Assembly: GCF_000143415.4 (NCBI RefSeq)
Contig: NW_003314324.1
Span: 1,067,379 to 1,131,378 of the forward strand
Direction: 5' to 3'
Length of the DNA stretch: 64,000 nucleotides
Source of the DNA: Selaginella moellendorffii
Lineage: Eukaryota; Plantae; Lycopodiophyta
The notes beneath the pieces were generated by a model. That model made no database searches. It worked only from the letters and a program-made list of their open reading frames with translations, and was not told where the DNA came from. The position numbers and the translations under genes are program-made. This document shows, piece by piece, positions 9,991 to 23,527 of this stretch (its first letter is position 1; the number at the start of each line of letters is the position of its first letter).

Positions 9991-12900
9991 ATGGCTGCCT
10001 CGCTCTCGCGGAATTCGTCCGGCCGGGCAGCAGCAGGATTATTGCCCTATCCGGCCAAGTTCCACGTCGCGGCGGCCTACGCGGGCTTCTCAGCTGACGA
10101 CGACGACTACGAGAATGTGGCTCTTCCGCTCGGATCGCTCTTCACGCCAGAGATGGCCCTGCTCTTGTATGGTCTCTATATGCAGGTATGGATCTTCGCC
10201 ATGCTGGATCGGCTGCTAGATCGCTTGCCCTGGAAATATTTCGGTGTAATCCTCTGGAATTTTGGGATCCAGGCCACGGTCGGGCCGTGTACAGCTGCGA
10301 AGCCTCGGATGTGGAATACCCAGGAGCATTTCAAATGGAAGAGGTATAGCTTGAATTTGGAGAGAGTTGGGCTTTAACGTTTCCTTTAGTTGGAGCGAGT
10401 TTAAAGAGTTGCCATCAATTGAAGCTATGCGGCTCTTCGTTAGAACCTTGGAAGTAAGTGTTTCGATGTTTTTTCGGGAGTTTCCATCGATTTTCCTTTG
10501 CAGGAACAAGATCCAGACTGGTATTTCAAGTCGCAAGGGAGAGAAGTTGAGGCAATTGGCGAAATGGTAAGAATCTGTTTTTCGTTTTTGTGTTAGGAAC
10601 TTTAACTCTGCTGCATTCTTTCAGCCTGTGCAAGACAATGATTTAGATCCAAGTCTTCAAGAGGAGGACATCCCCGCTGTAAACAATTCTCCTCCATCTC
10701 CCCCGCTGCCATCAGCAAATGGTGGGATTGGCACGGAGGTGAAAATGGAAGAAAACGATGTCGAGTGCTCCACTATTATGGAGATTGATGTTCGCAACGA
10801 ATGGCTTTCACCTCTGGTATCTGGACGACGACCAGCAGCTCGCTATCAGGTTTGTCTTCATACGTGGGAAACTAGATCAAGAACGCTATAAACTTTTGTC
10901 TTTGCGCAGCATGCAGCAGCGGTTGTACACGATAAGATGTTCGTGATTGGAGGGAACCACAATGGCCGGTACTTGAACGATGTCCAGGTATGTAGATTTT
11001 CGCTCACTAATAACTGATGTTGCAATTTTCGTCATAGGTTCTCGATCTAAGAACGCTCACCTGGTCCAAAGTTGAACAAAAGCTCCCAACGTCTCCTTTG
11101 TCGTCGTCCATGCCTCCGATCCCTTCAAATCAGATTTTGTCACCCTGTGCCGGTCATAGCCTGGTAATTTTTCTAGCTTTATACTTTCATCTTACATTCT
11201 TCCTGAGTGTTTTTCAGATTCGGAAGAACAGGATGCTGTTTGTTGTGGGTGGCCACTCGAAAAACTCCCCCGACTCTGTCTCAGGTTAATGTAATGCAGA
11301 GGAACTTTGAGATCCATCTCACTTCAGTGCTCTCTATCTCCAGTTCATGCTTTTGATACGGAGACTTTCACTTGGTCGCTTTTCCCAACGTATGGACAAG
11401 CTCCGGTACGTGTGACATACGGTATCACGAACCCAAGATTGACCATTCGCTGTTTGTGGTGCTCAGATTGCGAGAAGGGGCCAGTCCGTTTCACTGATCG
11501 GATCCAACTTAGTCATGTTTGGTGGAGAAGACTCCAAAAGGCGTTTGCTCAATGACCTCAACATCTTTGATCTGGAAACAATGACATGGGAAGCTGTCGA
11601 TGCTATGTAAGTCGTTTGGTCTTGCTTGTTTGTATCTTTTGTTATATCCTTCACTTTCAGAGGACCGCCTCCATCTCCTCGTGCCGACCACGCTGCAGCG
11701 GTCTATGCTGGTCACTACCTATACATATTCGGGGGTGGCTCACATTCCAGCTGCTTCAGTGACTTGCATGTTTTGAACTTGAAAACGGTAGGCTTGATGC
11801 ATTGCTCCTTTGAACTTATGGATTCGTGACTTCAGATGGAATGGTCCCGCAAAGAGACTGAGTATACACCCACGCCTCGTGCAGGCCATGCTGGCGCAAC
11901 AGTTGGTGATTTGTGGTACATTGTTGGTGGAGGGGACAATAAATCTGGTAAGTATATCGTCCATTTTATGTTTGTTTTGACTGTACCATGTCCTGTACCA
12001 GGGATTTCCGAAACGATTGTACTGAACATGAAAACGCTTGACTGGTCACTTGTAACTTCTGTGCCAGCACGGACGTATATCGCATGCGAGGTATGACATT
12101 TTGATTGTCCTTGCCGGCCTTTTGCCGATTCTATTCGTCATTTTCTGTCCTGCCTAGGGATTGAGTCTCGTCTCCGCGTGTTTGAATGGCGAAGAAACTT
12201 TAATAGCCTTTGGTGGCTACAACGGAAAATACAGCAATGAGGTTTGTTGTTTTTTTCTTTTTTTGAGACTGTGACTTGTATTGAGGTGGAAGCTTTCAGA
12301 TGCATGTACTGAAGACGGGCATAAGCCAATCAAAGGCGTCTCCAGCTCCGAGTTTTGGTGGCAGCCATTTTACGGAGGTTGGAGAATCTGCGGACGTGCC
12401 CGAGAGCTCAATAATTTCGAAGGAACCAGTAGATCATCAGCCTACGCCTACGGTATCTTGTTTTTACGCGTCTCCTCCCTGTTTGGTAATGTTATTTACT
12501 GTTTCTCTTTTCTTTCAAGGAGAATGGCGGCTACAACACTCCAAAGTTGCTGGAGCTTAAACGGGAGCTTGAGGTGGCTCTAGCGTCATGCCAAGACGAA
12601 AACAACAAGCTAAAGAGCGAGCTGTCGATCACTGCGAACGATCTCTCCATGGTTTTTCCTCGTTTTGTGCACGAAACGCTAGTTCTACAATTTCTCTTTA
12701 CTGTGCAGGAGTTGCAGTCAGTTCGGGGCCAGTTCGTGGCCGAGCAAACGAGATGCTTCAAATTGGAGGTAAAGTGAGCCTGCAAGAGAAACCTGTCCCG
12801 TAACCTTGCATTTTCTTTCTCCAGGTCGAAGTCGCAGAGCTGAGGCAAAAGCTCCAGTCCATGGAGGCGTTGCAAAAGGAGGTGGATTTGCTACGACGGC

Positions 12901-13022
12901 AAAAGGCTGCCTCGGACCAAGTCGCGGCCCAGCTCGTCCAGCAGAAGCAAAACGCCTCTGGAGGTATGTGGTCGTGGCTCGCAGGGACTCCCGGCGAGGG
13001 AGGCAAAGTTTTAGATTCCTGA
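9991..13022 (+). CDS. ACBP4: Class IV acyl-CoA-binding protein (ACB domain, kelch repeats, coiled coil), about 18 exons
   Basis: LPYPAKFHVAA..LLLYGLYMQ/ATVGPC ACB domain, kelch motifs GGNHNGRYLNDVQ, PSPRADHAA and PTPRAGHAG, C-terminal EQTRCFKLE and GGMWSWLAG. Confidence 0.92.
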
Positions 13023-14012
13023 AAGAAAGCTTAGCTGCACGAAGGAGAGAAAACTTAAAAACCGTGACGATGAGAAGTGGAAAAAGAAGCTCGGCTTCGA
13101 GATTTTGTGGTAATGCGAGGTAATGGTTTTTTCCAAGCTCTAGATCGTGTTAACTCGTTAGATTCCGGGCCGTTTTATAAAGATATTAATCGGTATTTTT
13201 TAGCGAAGCCATCGAACGCTGTGTAACATTGGCGGTACAGCAAATAAATTTTCATTCCTTTCGTGCTGAGAAATGTCAAAACTAAAATATTAGATCAAAT
13301 ATATGCTAAGTTGATTATTACTTTTTTTAGTCCTATTATTGTTTTTATTATTATAATATTGGACCTTAAAGGTCCAAAAAATTAATAATTGGTTCTTATA
13401 CGGCATCAAAGCCGTACACCATCGTTGGCCTCCATATAAAAATTCCAAAGAGTGCAAGCTAGCGAGCCATTGAAAGGTGTGTATCATCCATCGCCCATGG
13501 AAAAGTGAAAAGAAACTCCTATCATTCCTTTGGATCTTTCGTGCTACAGCGAAGAACGCAAACTCTCTTGGCATGATCTTTGTCTCGTATCATTGGCTCT
13601 TCGGAGAATTTGCGATTAGTTTAAAGGTAAAAAGCTCTTTAGTGCCTTGCTTTTGGCAGTTGTGTGTTCGAATCTCACCCGATTTAAATATTTGGGCCAC
13701 GTTTCGGTGATTTGGGCCACCGGCCGGTCGTCCGTACTGGCGATTATAAAGCTCCCATGGCTATGGCGATCGTGAGGTTTCTGTCGTAATAAAGGAGACG
13801 CCGCGGCTGCGCCTTTTCCCTCGCGGTGGTAATGCGTCGCCTTTTCGGCGCTGTCAGCGCCTTGCGCGTGTTCTTGAAATAGCAGCGGCGATCGATCGAT
13901 CGGGCATCGGCGGCATTGGTGAAGCGCGGAAGAATCCCTGGCGCGCCTGCATTTCGCGTTCTCGCATTGCTCGATCCTCCGGTGAGAGATTCTTGCGCGC
14001 GCGATCGATATT

Positions 14013-15235
14013 ATGGCCGCGGTGGAGAATGGCGGCGACGGCCGATTGCACAGCGCGGTGTTTGGCGGATGCGCGCCGTGTCGATTGCCGTGGAGGAGCC
14101 GCGTGCCAGCGGATCACTCCGGGAGCGTGCTCCAGCACTTGCGGCACCAGCAAGATTGCAGCACCAGCAGCGATTTCCCCAGCTCCAGATCGGTGTCGGC
14201 CGTCGCCAAGGTCTTCTCGGTCCAGAGGAGTCGATTGAAATTCGAGTCTGGCAAGAATCTCATCTTTCTATGTAAGTACTCATTTCCATTTCCTTGGCTT
14301 GCTGTGTAGTAGGGTTAAAATATGCTGTGTCCTTTCTTTCTTTACAGACGAGCCCGGTAAGCAAGTCGCGAGCGCCGTGAAAATAAAGAATGTGAGTCGA
14401 TCGCCTGTCGCATTTAAGGTACCTGGGCATCACACTTTTGCTCCTCTCTCTCGGCCGCTCACTCAAACGTTTTTCCCTGTTTGGTTTTTTCTCGCAGTTC
14501 CAGACGACAGCGCCCAAAAGCTGTTTCATGTGCCCCCCAAATGGCGTTATCATGCCCAACGAGACAATCGTCGCTAAAGGTAATAAGCCTTGATAGATTA
14601 TACCATTTGGGAAAATCCAAAGTCTCTGAGCTATCGTGCTACAGTTGTAAAATATGTCGAGGTTCCCGAGGGGCCGCAGCAACAGCCAAGGAAGCTCAAA
14701 GACAAATTCCGGATTGTTAGTCTCAAAGTGAAGGAGGGAGTGGAGTACACCCCAGAACTGGTACGTTTTGTATGCATGTTTTACTGGCTGGCTAACCATC
14801 TGGATGTGAGAAGTTCGACGAGCAAAAGGATCTTGTGGCGGTGGAGAGAGTCTTGAGAGTGGTTTTCTTGGATCCGCAAACAGCATCACCGGTCTGTATC
14901 GATTTTATCTTAAGATTGTTTTTATCTCCAGCGACTCACCGTTTGTCTTGTCCTCTTTGAAATCAAGGCGGAGCTGGAGAAACAACAGAAGCGCTTGGCC
15001 GAGGCTGACGCTGCACAAGAGGCCCGAAAAAAGCCTCAAAATGATCGATCTCATAAAGGAGGTGCTGTACAGGGATTTGTGATTGATGAATGGGTATGTA
15101 GCTTCCTTCGTCACATTATCGCTCACAAATTAGCTGTTCTTCTCTTCTCTTGTTTTTTTTTTTTTCGTTTTGTAGAAGGAGCGCCGCGAAAAGTATCTAG
15201 CTAAGCAGCAAGCCGAAGCTCAGGATTCCTACTAA
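14013..15235 (+). CDS. Vesicle-associated protein (VAP27-4-type, MSP domain, no C-terminal TM)
   Basis: EPGKQVASAVKIKNVSRSPVAFKFQTTAPKSCFMCPP, KDKFRIVSLKV, C-terminal GFVIDEWKERREKYLAKQQ. Confidence 0.88.
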
Positions 15236-15501
15236 AACTTAAAGGTCTGAACATCAACCTCTTCCTTTCGTCAAAGCCGAATCGGTTGCTCAAGTTTGTA
15301 GCAGTAGTGGGCTTGAGAGAGTTTTGAGTCGACTTTTCCTTTACTACTGGGAGCAGCTTTGAAGCTAAGCCCAGAAGCAATGCGTCAGATCCCGAGAGGC
15401 GAGGAAACTGTGTCCAGCTAGCCTCTCAACATCATCTCCGCTTGCAAGTCAATGGGTGGTGGTTACTAGTGTTGTTTTCTATGGCCTGCTTATCTGTTGA
15501 A

Positions 15502-15507
15502 AGAGAG

Positions 15508-15545
<38 letters not shown>
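15502..15545. repeat. (GA)n microsatellite
   Basis: Directly visible. Confidence 0.95.
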
Positions 15546-15548
<3 letters not shown>

Positions 15549-16449
15549 GGTCGTCTGGCTCCGCTAGTTGTCGCAGCAAACGAACGAACGTGGTCTCGAG
15601 ATAAATCACAAAACAATGGGGGTGCGGATGTCCCTGTCGAAAGTGTCTCGTGTGTGGGTGTGAGATGAACGAGCTGAGTAATGCTCGATGCATGTTGTGT
15701 TTGTGGAGTTCTTTTTCTTAAGTTTCCATAGTTTCTCAGGGGCTAATAAGCGTTGTTTATGAAGTTTCATTTGTACGCGCTTGTGTGTTTGTGTTTTGAT
15801 GTGTGTGCGTGTGGGTGTGGTGTTTGCAGGGATGATTTTCAATTTCACATGGAAGTTACGCACACTTGGTGGTTAGCCTGTTGACGTCTGTTCACGCAAA
15901 CGGAGACGCGAGGTCTGTTGACTTAACGGAGATTCTGGCGTTGCTGCAAGAATTCAGGTACATGGCATACGATTGAAAATCTGGGAGTGCGTATTTATAA
16001 ATATTTCTGGTGTTGCTTATGTGTTGCTTATTTGCTTTGCTGTGGCGGATTTACCCGTATGTATGGCCGATTGATTGATTGATATGTCCAGAGTGGTAGG
16101 AGTTCTGGCGTGGGATTATAATTATCTATGCATTTTCTTTTATATCCAACAAGCATGGATATATATTTTGTATGCCCCTCCTACTCCCTCTTTCTTCTTC
16201 TCTCTCTCTCTCTTTCTCTCTCTCCTGGCCGTGTGTGCATGCCGCTTAGCTATTAGTAATCCAGATCCTGCGCTGCTTCCGGTGATGACGATGATGGCTG
16301 TGGCTGTGCTTGCGTGGTTTACAAAGCAGTGAAGTACTCATAAGACTTTATATTGTAGATCTGCGTCCAGGCCAGGAAAAGCAAGTTATTTGGGTTCTCG
16401 GTTCCGTGTCTTCTACACCGGCGGCAGGAGGTGTACATGTAGTCCAGGA

Positions 16450-18509
16450 ATGAGGATCAGGAAGCGTCCCTCCTCGGGACCGCAAAAGCAGCGTTTGATT
16501 CAGCAGCTGCCGGCGACTTACAAGTACGTTTTTTCAACGGGTTGGTTGTTGAAGAGAGCATATGAAGAGCATGACAAGCAGCAAAGTACGGGGGTGTTAG
16601 ATTCAAGGTGTAGCAGGCTTCCTGAAGAACGGGGATTGTCGCTTCATGGTGGATTGTGGCAGTCCAAAGCAGGGTACAGGGAGGATGGAGTAGCAAACAC
16701 GTCGTTACAATGTTGCAGGTGTGAACAGCAAGAAAAGAGCTCGGGTGTAGGCAGGGAATGCAAGCAGCCTCCGCAGCAGCAGCACCCAATTGGTGAGGAG
16801 GCAATTGGGGAGGAGCCGCGAACGCCACCTCCTTTCTGCGGCGAGAAGCCAGCCTTGGCACGGCAAAGGTCCGAGCATGAACTTCATCCGGGGCCGGTCG
16901 TGGACGAGAAGTTTTGCTCCTGTGGAAAAGACCAGCAGAAGCAGAAGCGGAAGCAGCAGACGAAGAAACCAATTCAGGACTTGGTCAAAGGGGAATCTTC
17001 GGGCTCAGGACGGAAGAGAACGAGAACCCGCGTGGTGGAGCAGCACCAGCAGCAGGAGGCGGCGAGTGAAGATGACCATGGCCTTCTGCGTGCTTCTTCG
17101 AGACTACGGGTAAGACGCGTCGTCCCGTCTACATGCCATTTTCCTGCTTTAGTGCTCGCTGCTTTTTCTGCGTTTGTGTTTGCATTGAATATTGTGTTGC
17201 ATTCCTCGCATAGGTAGCCTTCCTTTCACAGGGTAGTTGTTTTTCTGGTTGCTGGTTGCTGCTGGTGTTAAGAGGCCACTGACCAATATTAGAAGACGGG
17301 TGCTCTGGCAGGCTAGATACTTTTAATGCTTGAAGCATAAGTTAAGCAAGCTGAAACACCGGATTGAATAGTCTTGCATCGCATGGGTGCCGTCAATTCC
17401 TGCTTTTGTTCCGCGTGTTCTCTTTTCAAGCTTGCCGCTGAATTCTCCATCGAGACTAGATGGCCATTGTCGTCTAGCAGAGAATGCCTGCTTGATTTGT
17501 ATAGAAGAACTTCTGGCTGTTGCATGAGAGTGGGGCTGGATATTCTTTCCCAAAAGCTGACTGTGACATTGAATGATCTCCTTTGTGTGCTGCCATGTCT
17601 GTGTCTGGTGGCGCAGGATACAGCTGAATCAAGCGGGCGCTCTTCACATGATAATTGTGGTCCTCAGCAAAGGTAATGCGTTGCATGCAACGCTCCCACT
17701 TCTGGTTAAGCGCTAACCAAGCGAATTTTTGGTTTTCTTTTGCATTTGCGAGCAGCAGGCTCAAAGCTGGTGGTGGAGCCTCGCTTGGTGGTATTTGTTT
17801 GTTTTTGCTCCTATGCATCCAACAGCACTAGCACTTTTTGTTCGCAGGGGAGTCGTACTTGCGAGAGCTGGGCAAGATGGACCCGCTTCGCCGAGCACTG
17901 CACACGGTGGTGTCGGAGGCTGGCATCGCGGGGCTCACAGCTCGAGAAGCGGCGGACAGGATCTCGAGGCGGGGGTTGCTATCCGAGGCAGACATTCCCA
18001 GGTCGGTCAAGATGGCCAAGGTGATGAGAGACAGCCCATACTTGCTGGAGCTGACACGGGGTAGCAAGTTCGTGCTGTGGAGCACATTCCTCGAGGAGTC
18101 CTCCACAAAGGCTGGCTTTTTCCACAGTGGTGGTGCTGGTGCTGGTGGTGATAACCGAGCTCCGCCGGCCACCGTCACCGCCAAGGCGAGAAGAAGAACA
18201 CAGGCTCTCTACGCAGCTCCTCCAGCGGCAGCAGCAGCAGTGCTAGTCGCAAGCTCCGGGGAAGAACAACAAGTGGGAAACCAGGATGATCGGTACCGAG
18301 CAGTAAATGGTGTGAGCTTTTATAAAGCTCAAGTTCACAGGGAAGATCACGCTCGTACGAGCGTAGTACGGCAGGAGGTTGGTGGTGGTGATCTGAGGGA
18401 AGCGATTGGAATTCGGCAAGATCACAGAGAAGTTCTTGGGAAGGAAGTGGTGAAGCGGCAGTTCTTCGACTTGAACCTAGCTCCGCAAGAACAGGAGGAA
18501 GAAATGTGA
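16450..18509 (+). CDS. MRIRKR-start protein with HARE-HTH-like winged helix and C-terminal EAR-like motif, 4 exons
   Basis: Exons about 16450-17109, 17617-17672, 17759-17790 and 17848-18509 join in frame (phases 0,2,1). The last exon has LRRALHTVVSEAGIAGLTAREAADRISRRGLL..FVLWSTFL and FDLNLAP. Confidence 0.6.
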
Positions 18510-18862
18510 GCTCCGGGAAGAAACTTTGATAGAAGGAAGGCCAGGGAGCAAAGAATTGCTTGGGGATTCCAATCGATGGATTGGGCGAAAGAAAAAAGGT
18601 GTGATCGATCGATCGATCGATTCGATCGATCCATTATTTTTTCATTCCTCTTTCTTTTAACTTTATATAGACTGTCGGTTCGTCCGACGTGGCAAGCGCC
18701 CATTGGCTGTTCAAAGGACGCCCGAAAGGAAAGAGGAAGCACAAAAGGAGGGTTTGATTTTTTAGGGTTGAGACAGGCAGCTAGGGTTTGGTGGTTTGTT
18801 GTGTCCGCGGCCGATTCGACTCGAGTCTTCTCTTCTCCCCAGGCGCGCCGGCAGTAGCGAAT

Positions 18863-19637
18863 ATGAGTGGCAAGCAGCCCGCGGCGAAGAGCTCCTTCAA
18901 GCAGGAGCATGATCTCGGTGAGAGGAAATTTGCCCCAAAACGGTTTTTTGGGTGTACTTGATTGTGGCTTTTGTTTCGATTGCGCAGATTCTTTTGATTG
19001 ATTTGTCGCTTACTGTTTCATAGCATGGAATTCGTTCTCACCCTTTTTGTTTTGCTCTCTCGCTCGCAGAGAAGAGAAAGGCCGAGGCTGCTAGGATTAG
19101 GGAGAAGTACCCAGAGAGAATTCCGGTAAATAACTGTCCTATAAAGGATGAATTTTTCGTTTGATCTTTCTGGCTGGATGTTCTAAAGTTCGCTCGTTCT
19201 TTTCTCCAGGTGATTGTTGAGAAGGCCGAGAGGAGTGACATCCCAAACATTGACAAGAAAAAGTGAGTTTTTATCCTTTTTTGTTTTTTTCCCTTTTCTC
19301 GTTCGCGAGCTGACCGAAAGGTGCAGGTATCTAGTTCCAGCCGACTTGACGGTTGGGCAGTTTGTCTACGTGATCCGCAAGCGGATTAAGCTCAGCGCCG
19401 AGAAGGCGATCTTCATCTTTGTAAATAACGTTCTCCCTCCCACTGGTACGTTTCTTGCCCGCGACCCTTTACATCTTCCAGGCGTTGTCCCGAAGCTAAA
19501 GACTTGGTTCTTTTTTTCCATTTTTTCTTTTCTGTGCAGCCGGAATCATGTCTGCAATCTACGACGAGCACAAAGACGAGGACGGTTTTCTGTACGTTAC
19601 ATACAGTGGCGAGAACACGTTCGGCCTCTCGCTATGA
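18863..19637 (+). CDS. ATG8: Autophagy-related protein 8, 5 exons
   Basis: [47 protein letters not shown]...[11 protein letters not shown]. Confidence 0.97.
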
Positions 19638-20669
19638 AGGAAGAATTCCCGAAAAAAAAAAAAGGAAAGAGAAGATGATCCCCATCCACAACAGCCGGCA
19701 ATCACACACTTCGCGCCACCACACCTCCTTTCAAGTCTAAGAAGAAGCTGTACATTTGCTAAAAGGGTCACTATTGCTGCTGTTTAGAACAGGGTCAGTC
19801 TGTCCAGGTCTTGATCTCCTTTTCTTTCTGTTTAGGTGGGCTTTTCATGTACATATAGTTTGGAACTTGAAAACTCTTCTCTTTTTGAGTTCCAGCCAGG
19901 TCACTGCCACGCTGGCGGGGGATATGCTCCGACGTGGCGTGCCCTAACCTGAGTATGGAATATTTCTAAAATTATCTCCTTGGGAAGTTTCATACATATT
20001 GGATGATCCAATTGTGTTATACAGTTTTGACAGGGGAAACTCACACACACACACACACACCCACACATCAATCACATGTTGCTGTTAGAACTGTTGCACG
20101 AATCACAAGGCGGACCTGGGAAAAAGCATGCATTCTCCACCCCCTTTTTTTTCCTCTTGTCACTCACAAGGAGAGTGGTGCTTTTGTGCTTATATAAAGG
20201 TTTTCAGTGGCTACACTTGCTTAGCTAGGAACCCACTTTACTAAATCTCCCCTCTACAGTGCAATAATTTTTTAAGATGGTAGTTTTAAGGGCTAATCTG
20301 ATTTTTTTCTAAAAGCATTTTCTTTTCTCTACTCCTTCCTGGGAGAAAAAAAAGGGGGTTGAGGGGGGAGAAATGCCTTGTCATGCAAGGGAGCATATAC
20401 CTTCTTGCATTTCCAAGGATATGCTGGGCCTGCTGTGCCCCCCTACCCCATTGTCTTTGCAATTTGAGGGCTCTCACTCACAGCCAGTTTTGGTGGTGTA
20501 GTTCTCTCTCTCTTCTTCTTTTTTCCTGGTTTGCCTGCTGGTTTGCCTGTTGCTTTGTGTGGGAGGAGCAGTGACTAAGTGAGCAGCTACCTAGCAGGAG
20601 CAAAAAAAAAAAAGAAAGAGTCAAGAGGAGAAGAAAAGTGAGAGGAAAAATAACAGGAGGGCAGCAAAG

Positions 20670-22174
20670 ATGAGAATAAGGAAGCACTTGTCCGCTGTTC
20701 ATCTTCCTGCAGTTGCCAATCCCATCTTGAGGTCGCAAATCACTGCAGCGGCAAAGCCAGCAGCAGCAGCAGCGGCGGTGGTCACTGCAGCTCTAGCTCC
20801 TGGTAACTTTCCTGGATGCAAAGATGAGAAAGAAGAAGAAGAACAAGGAGAGAAATCCTTGCCTGGAAATCGAGGAGCGGTCCCGGCGAGAGCTCCAGCG
20901 CTTGTAGGGCTTGTAGCAGTCGAGGAGGAAGTCGGGGATAAGGTAGCAGCAGCAGCAGCGGTAGCAGCGGTGGAAGGAAAAGGCCGGGGCTTGGTTGCCG
21001 AGGTTTGTAGCAGCATTCGGACGAGCAGCAAGAACCAAGACGACGCCGCCGCTATGGTGCTGCTGCAGTCGAGCTCGTTGCAGCAGTTCCCGGATCTCTC
21101 GTCGCCCATGACTCCGGCGGTCTCGCTCCCCACCAGGCCAAAGAGGACAAAGCCCCGGAGCTGCAGTGCGGCTAGTCCCAGCTTTGTTTGTCCTCCGCCG
21201 CCTCCTCCTCCTCCTCGTCCGGGCCTCGAGCAGCGGCAACTCCAACTCGCCCCAGAGATGGCTTGCATGCAGCAGCAGCAACAGCAGCTCCTCCGAGATC
21301 ACGGCGGCGGCGAGCTCGACGATGACGACTCAAGTCCCAAGTCAGTGAAGGTAACTTGTAGAGAAAAATCGTTTCTTTCCTTCTTTCCTTCTTCTGTGTC
21401 TGTGCCTCATGTCCCTGGAATGCCCCCGCGCTGATCCAATTCCTGGTATACTTTCTTTCCTGAGCTTGCTGCTGCTCTAAGTTGCTTCTCCACCTAATTG
21501 TCTCCTGGAGCTCCACCAAACCATTCAACCCAATTCCTTTCTTTCCCAAGCGAGCCATTGTTTGCTGACACCAATTCTTTTCTCTTTGCCTTTTCTCCAT
21601 TTCTGTGGCCTGCAGGTAACTTCGGATCTTATCGACGTTTCATCGCCTCCGAGGTACGTTGTAACTTCTTCAGGTTCTTTCGTTGCCGAGCTGATGGTCG
21701 CAATTGTAATTGCAGGGAAGCACCACCACTGCAGAAGGAAGCAGCAGCAGCAGCAGCGGTAGCAGGAGATACCGACACCGGTGAGTGGAAACGACTTTGC
21801 CTTTAGTTTTTGTCGATCGATATCCTGCTGAATTCTTCTTTTCTTTCACAGTGGTGGTTAGTGGAGCACTAATAGAGCAGAGAAGAAGTACCAGGAGGCC
21901 GAGGAGTAGAAGCGCTAGCTTGAGGAACCTACAAGAGCTGGAGGACGACGGAGAGGCGAACGAAGGTAGCCAGTGCCGGCGAATGGACGGCAAAGGATGG
22001 AGGTGCCACCGCACGACTCAGCCCGACTACTCGCTCTGCGACTATCACCTGGACAAATTCCGAGAAACCAATCAGCGAAAGCTTAGGAACGCAGCGACAG
22101 CTCAGGAAGCAACAAGGAGACGCAGCCGAGTGAAGAGGAAACCCGTGAAAGCTCGATCACTCATGTCGATCTGA
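20670..22174 (+). CDS. WRC zinc-finger protein (no QLQ seen), 4 exons
   Basis: Starts MRIRKH. WRC motif CRRMDGKGWRC..YSLCDYH, C-terminal KRKPVKARSLMSI. Exons join with phases 0,2,1. Confidence 0.8.
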
Positions 22175-22291
22175 GAGTCGAGAGAGTCATGACAAGGCAT
22201 GACTTGGAAGTCACTCAAACAAAAAGCCTGAGGGAAAACAAGCACTCAAGCGGAAAGAGGAGCTTGGAGCAGTTTCACAGTACCCGGTTTT

Positions 22292-23355
22292 TCAGTGCTG
22301 GTTGCTCCTCCTCCGCTTCCGACACCTCATCTCCGCCTTGAGAGGCGTGCCTTTCCTCGTCTTGCTTGGTGCTGGATTCTGCATGTCGTTAGGATTGCAA
22401 GCGGACGCTGCCATGGGCCTCCGTCTCAGCGCAGCTGTTCTGCATTCCCTCCTCAGGAACGTGCTCCATAAAATAAACCTCCCGCCAGCTTCTATGAAAT
22501 AGGCGTTCTTTCGCATAGCTCTTGCAACTTGCACCGAAAGTGGGACGTCCTCGGGCTCAAAGAGTTTCAATAGCCCCTGCTGTAACACCTTCCTTCCTGC
22601 CTCACGGACTGTTAAGCCCGTATCTCCAGCTTCAGAGACCATTGTATAAAGCGCATGTGCAAGCGAGCTGGAGGTGGAGCTGTCTACAAAAAGCAAAGGA
22701 CGGGTTTTGAGTTTGTTGAAGCATAGCGAGCCCGAAGCAACCAAAAGTACCTTCTATGGTGGCGCTTGCATCCCGACTTTCTCCATTCCTGGAAAAGATG
22801 GAGCACACAAGTTAAGTTTGGTAGTCTGCACTGATTTCGACCCCGGGTCCGTACCTCCTTCGATCCTCGGCCTCCGCAATTTTATCCTGCAGCGGATAAG
22901 CGGAGCGTAAGGATTCGTTTGATCCTCGAGATTCGAAAGTACTTACGAGTAGACTTGCCTCGGTGGCGATTTGAGCCATTGGAAAACTTCGATTGCGTTG
23001 CTCTTCAAGTCCGAGAGGGCGTATGAGAAGGCGGGGGCTCCTACGTCTGTTGTCGCTTGACGAGGATCTTTCTACGCAGTGTTCAAGCTTACTGGAGTTC
23101 CCGTCTGCCGGATCTTTGTTCCGGCCCTCGTCCGAGTTCTTTGTCACAACACATTCATCTTTCCGCTGCCTACTATTCCCTCGCTCTTTGACGAGCGGAC
23201 AAATTTGCATCTCGGGCCCATCACCTCCTTCCACTACCTACAAAAGTTCGAAACAACCCTGTTGTGAGAAACCAAGAAAAAGTGTACCAAGAAACAGCTC
23301 TACACCTTACCTCTGCTTCTTTTTGCCTCAGCAGCGACGATAGCAGAGAGCCCAT
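22292..23355 (-). CDS. HARE-HTH-like protein, paralog of the 16450-18509 gene, 4 exons
   Basis: MGSLLSSLLRQKEAE | VVEGGD..EDRR | NGESRDASATIE | DSSTSSSLAHALYTMVSEAGDTGLTVREAGRKVLQQGLL..FILWSTFL. Phases 0,2,1. Confidence 0.65.
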
Positions 23356-23527
23356 TACCACAATTGCCCGTTCTGAGCCGCCTTTAAGCAAAGAGAATGA
23401 ACGAGAACGACTAGTCTGATAAGATAATCAGCAGCACTTGGGCATATAACTGTAAAGCTAATGTATATGTCAATTCTTCTTGGCGCGCTCAAGGCAATAA
23501 CCGTACTGGTACGACAGAAGAACCACT

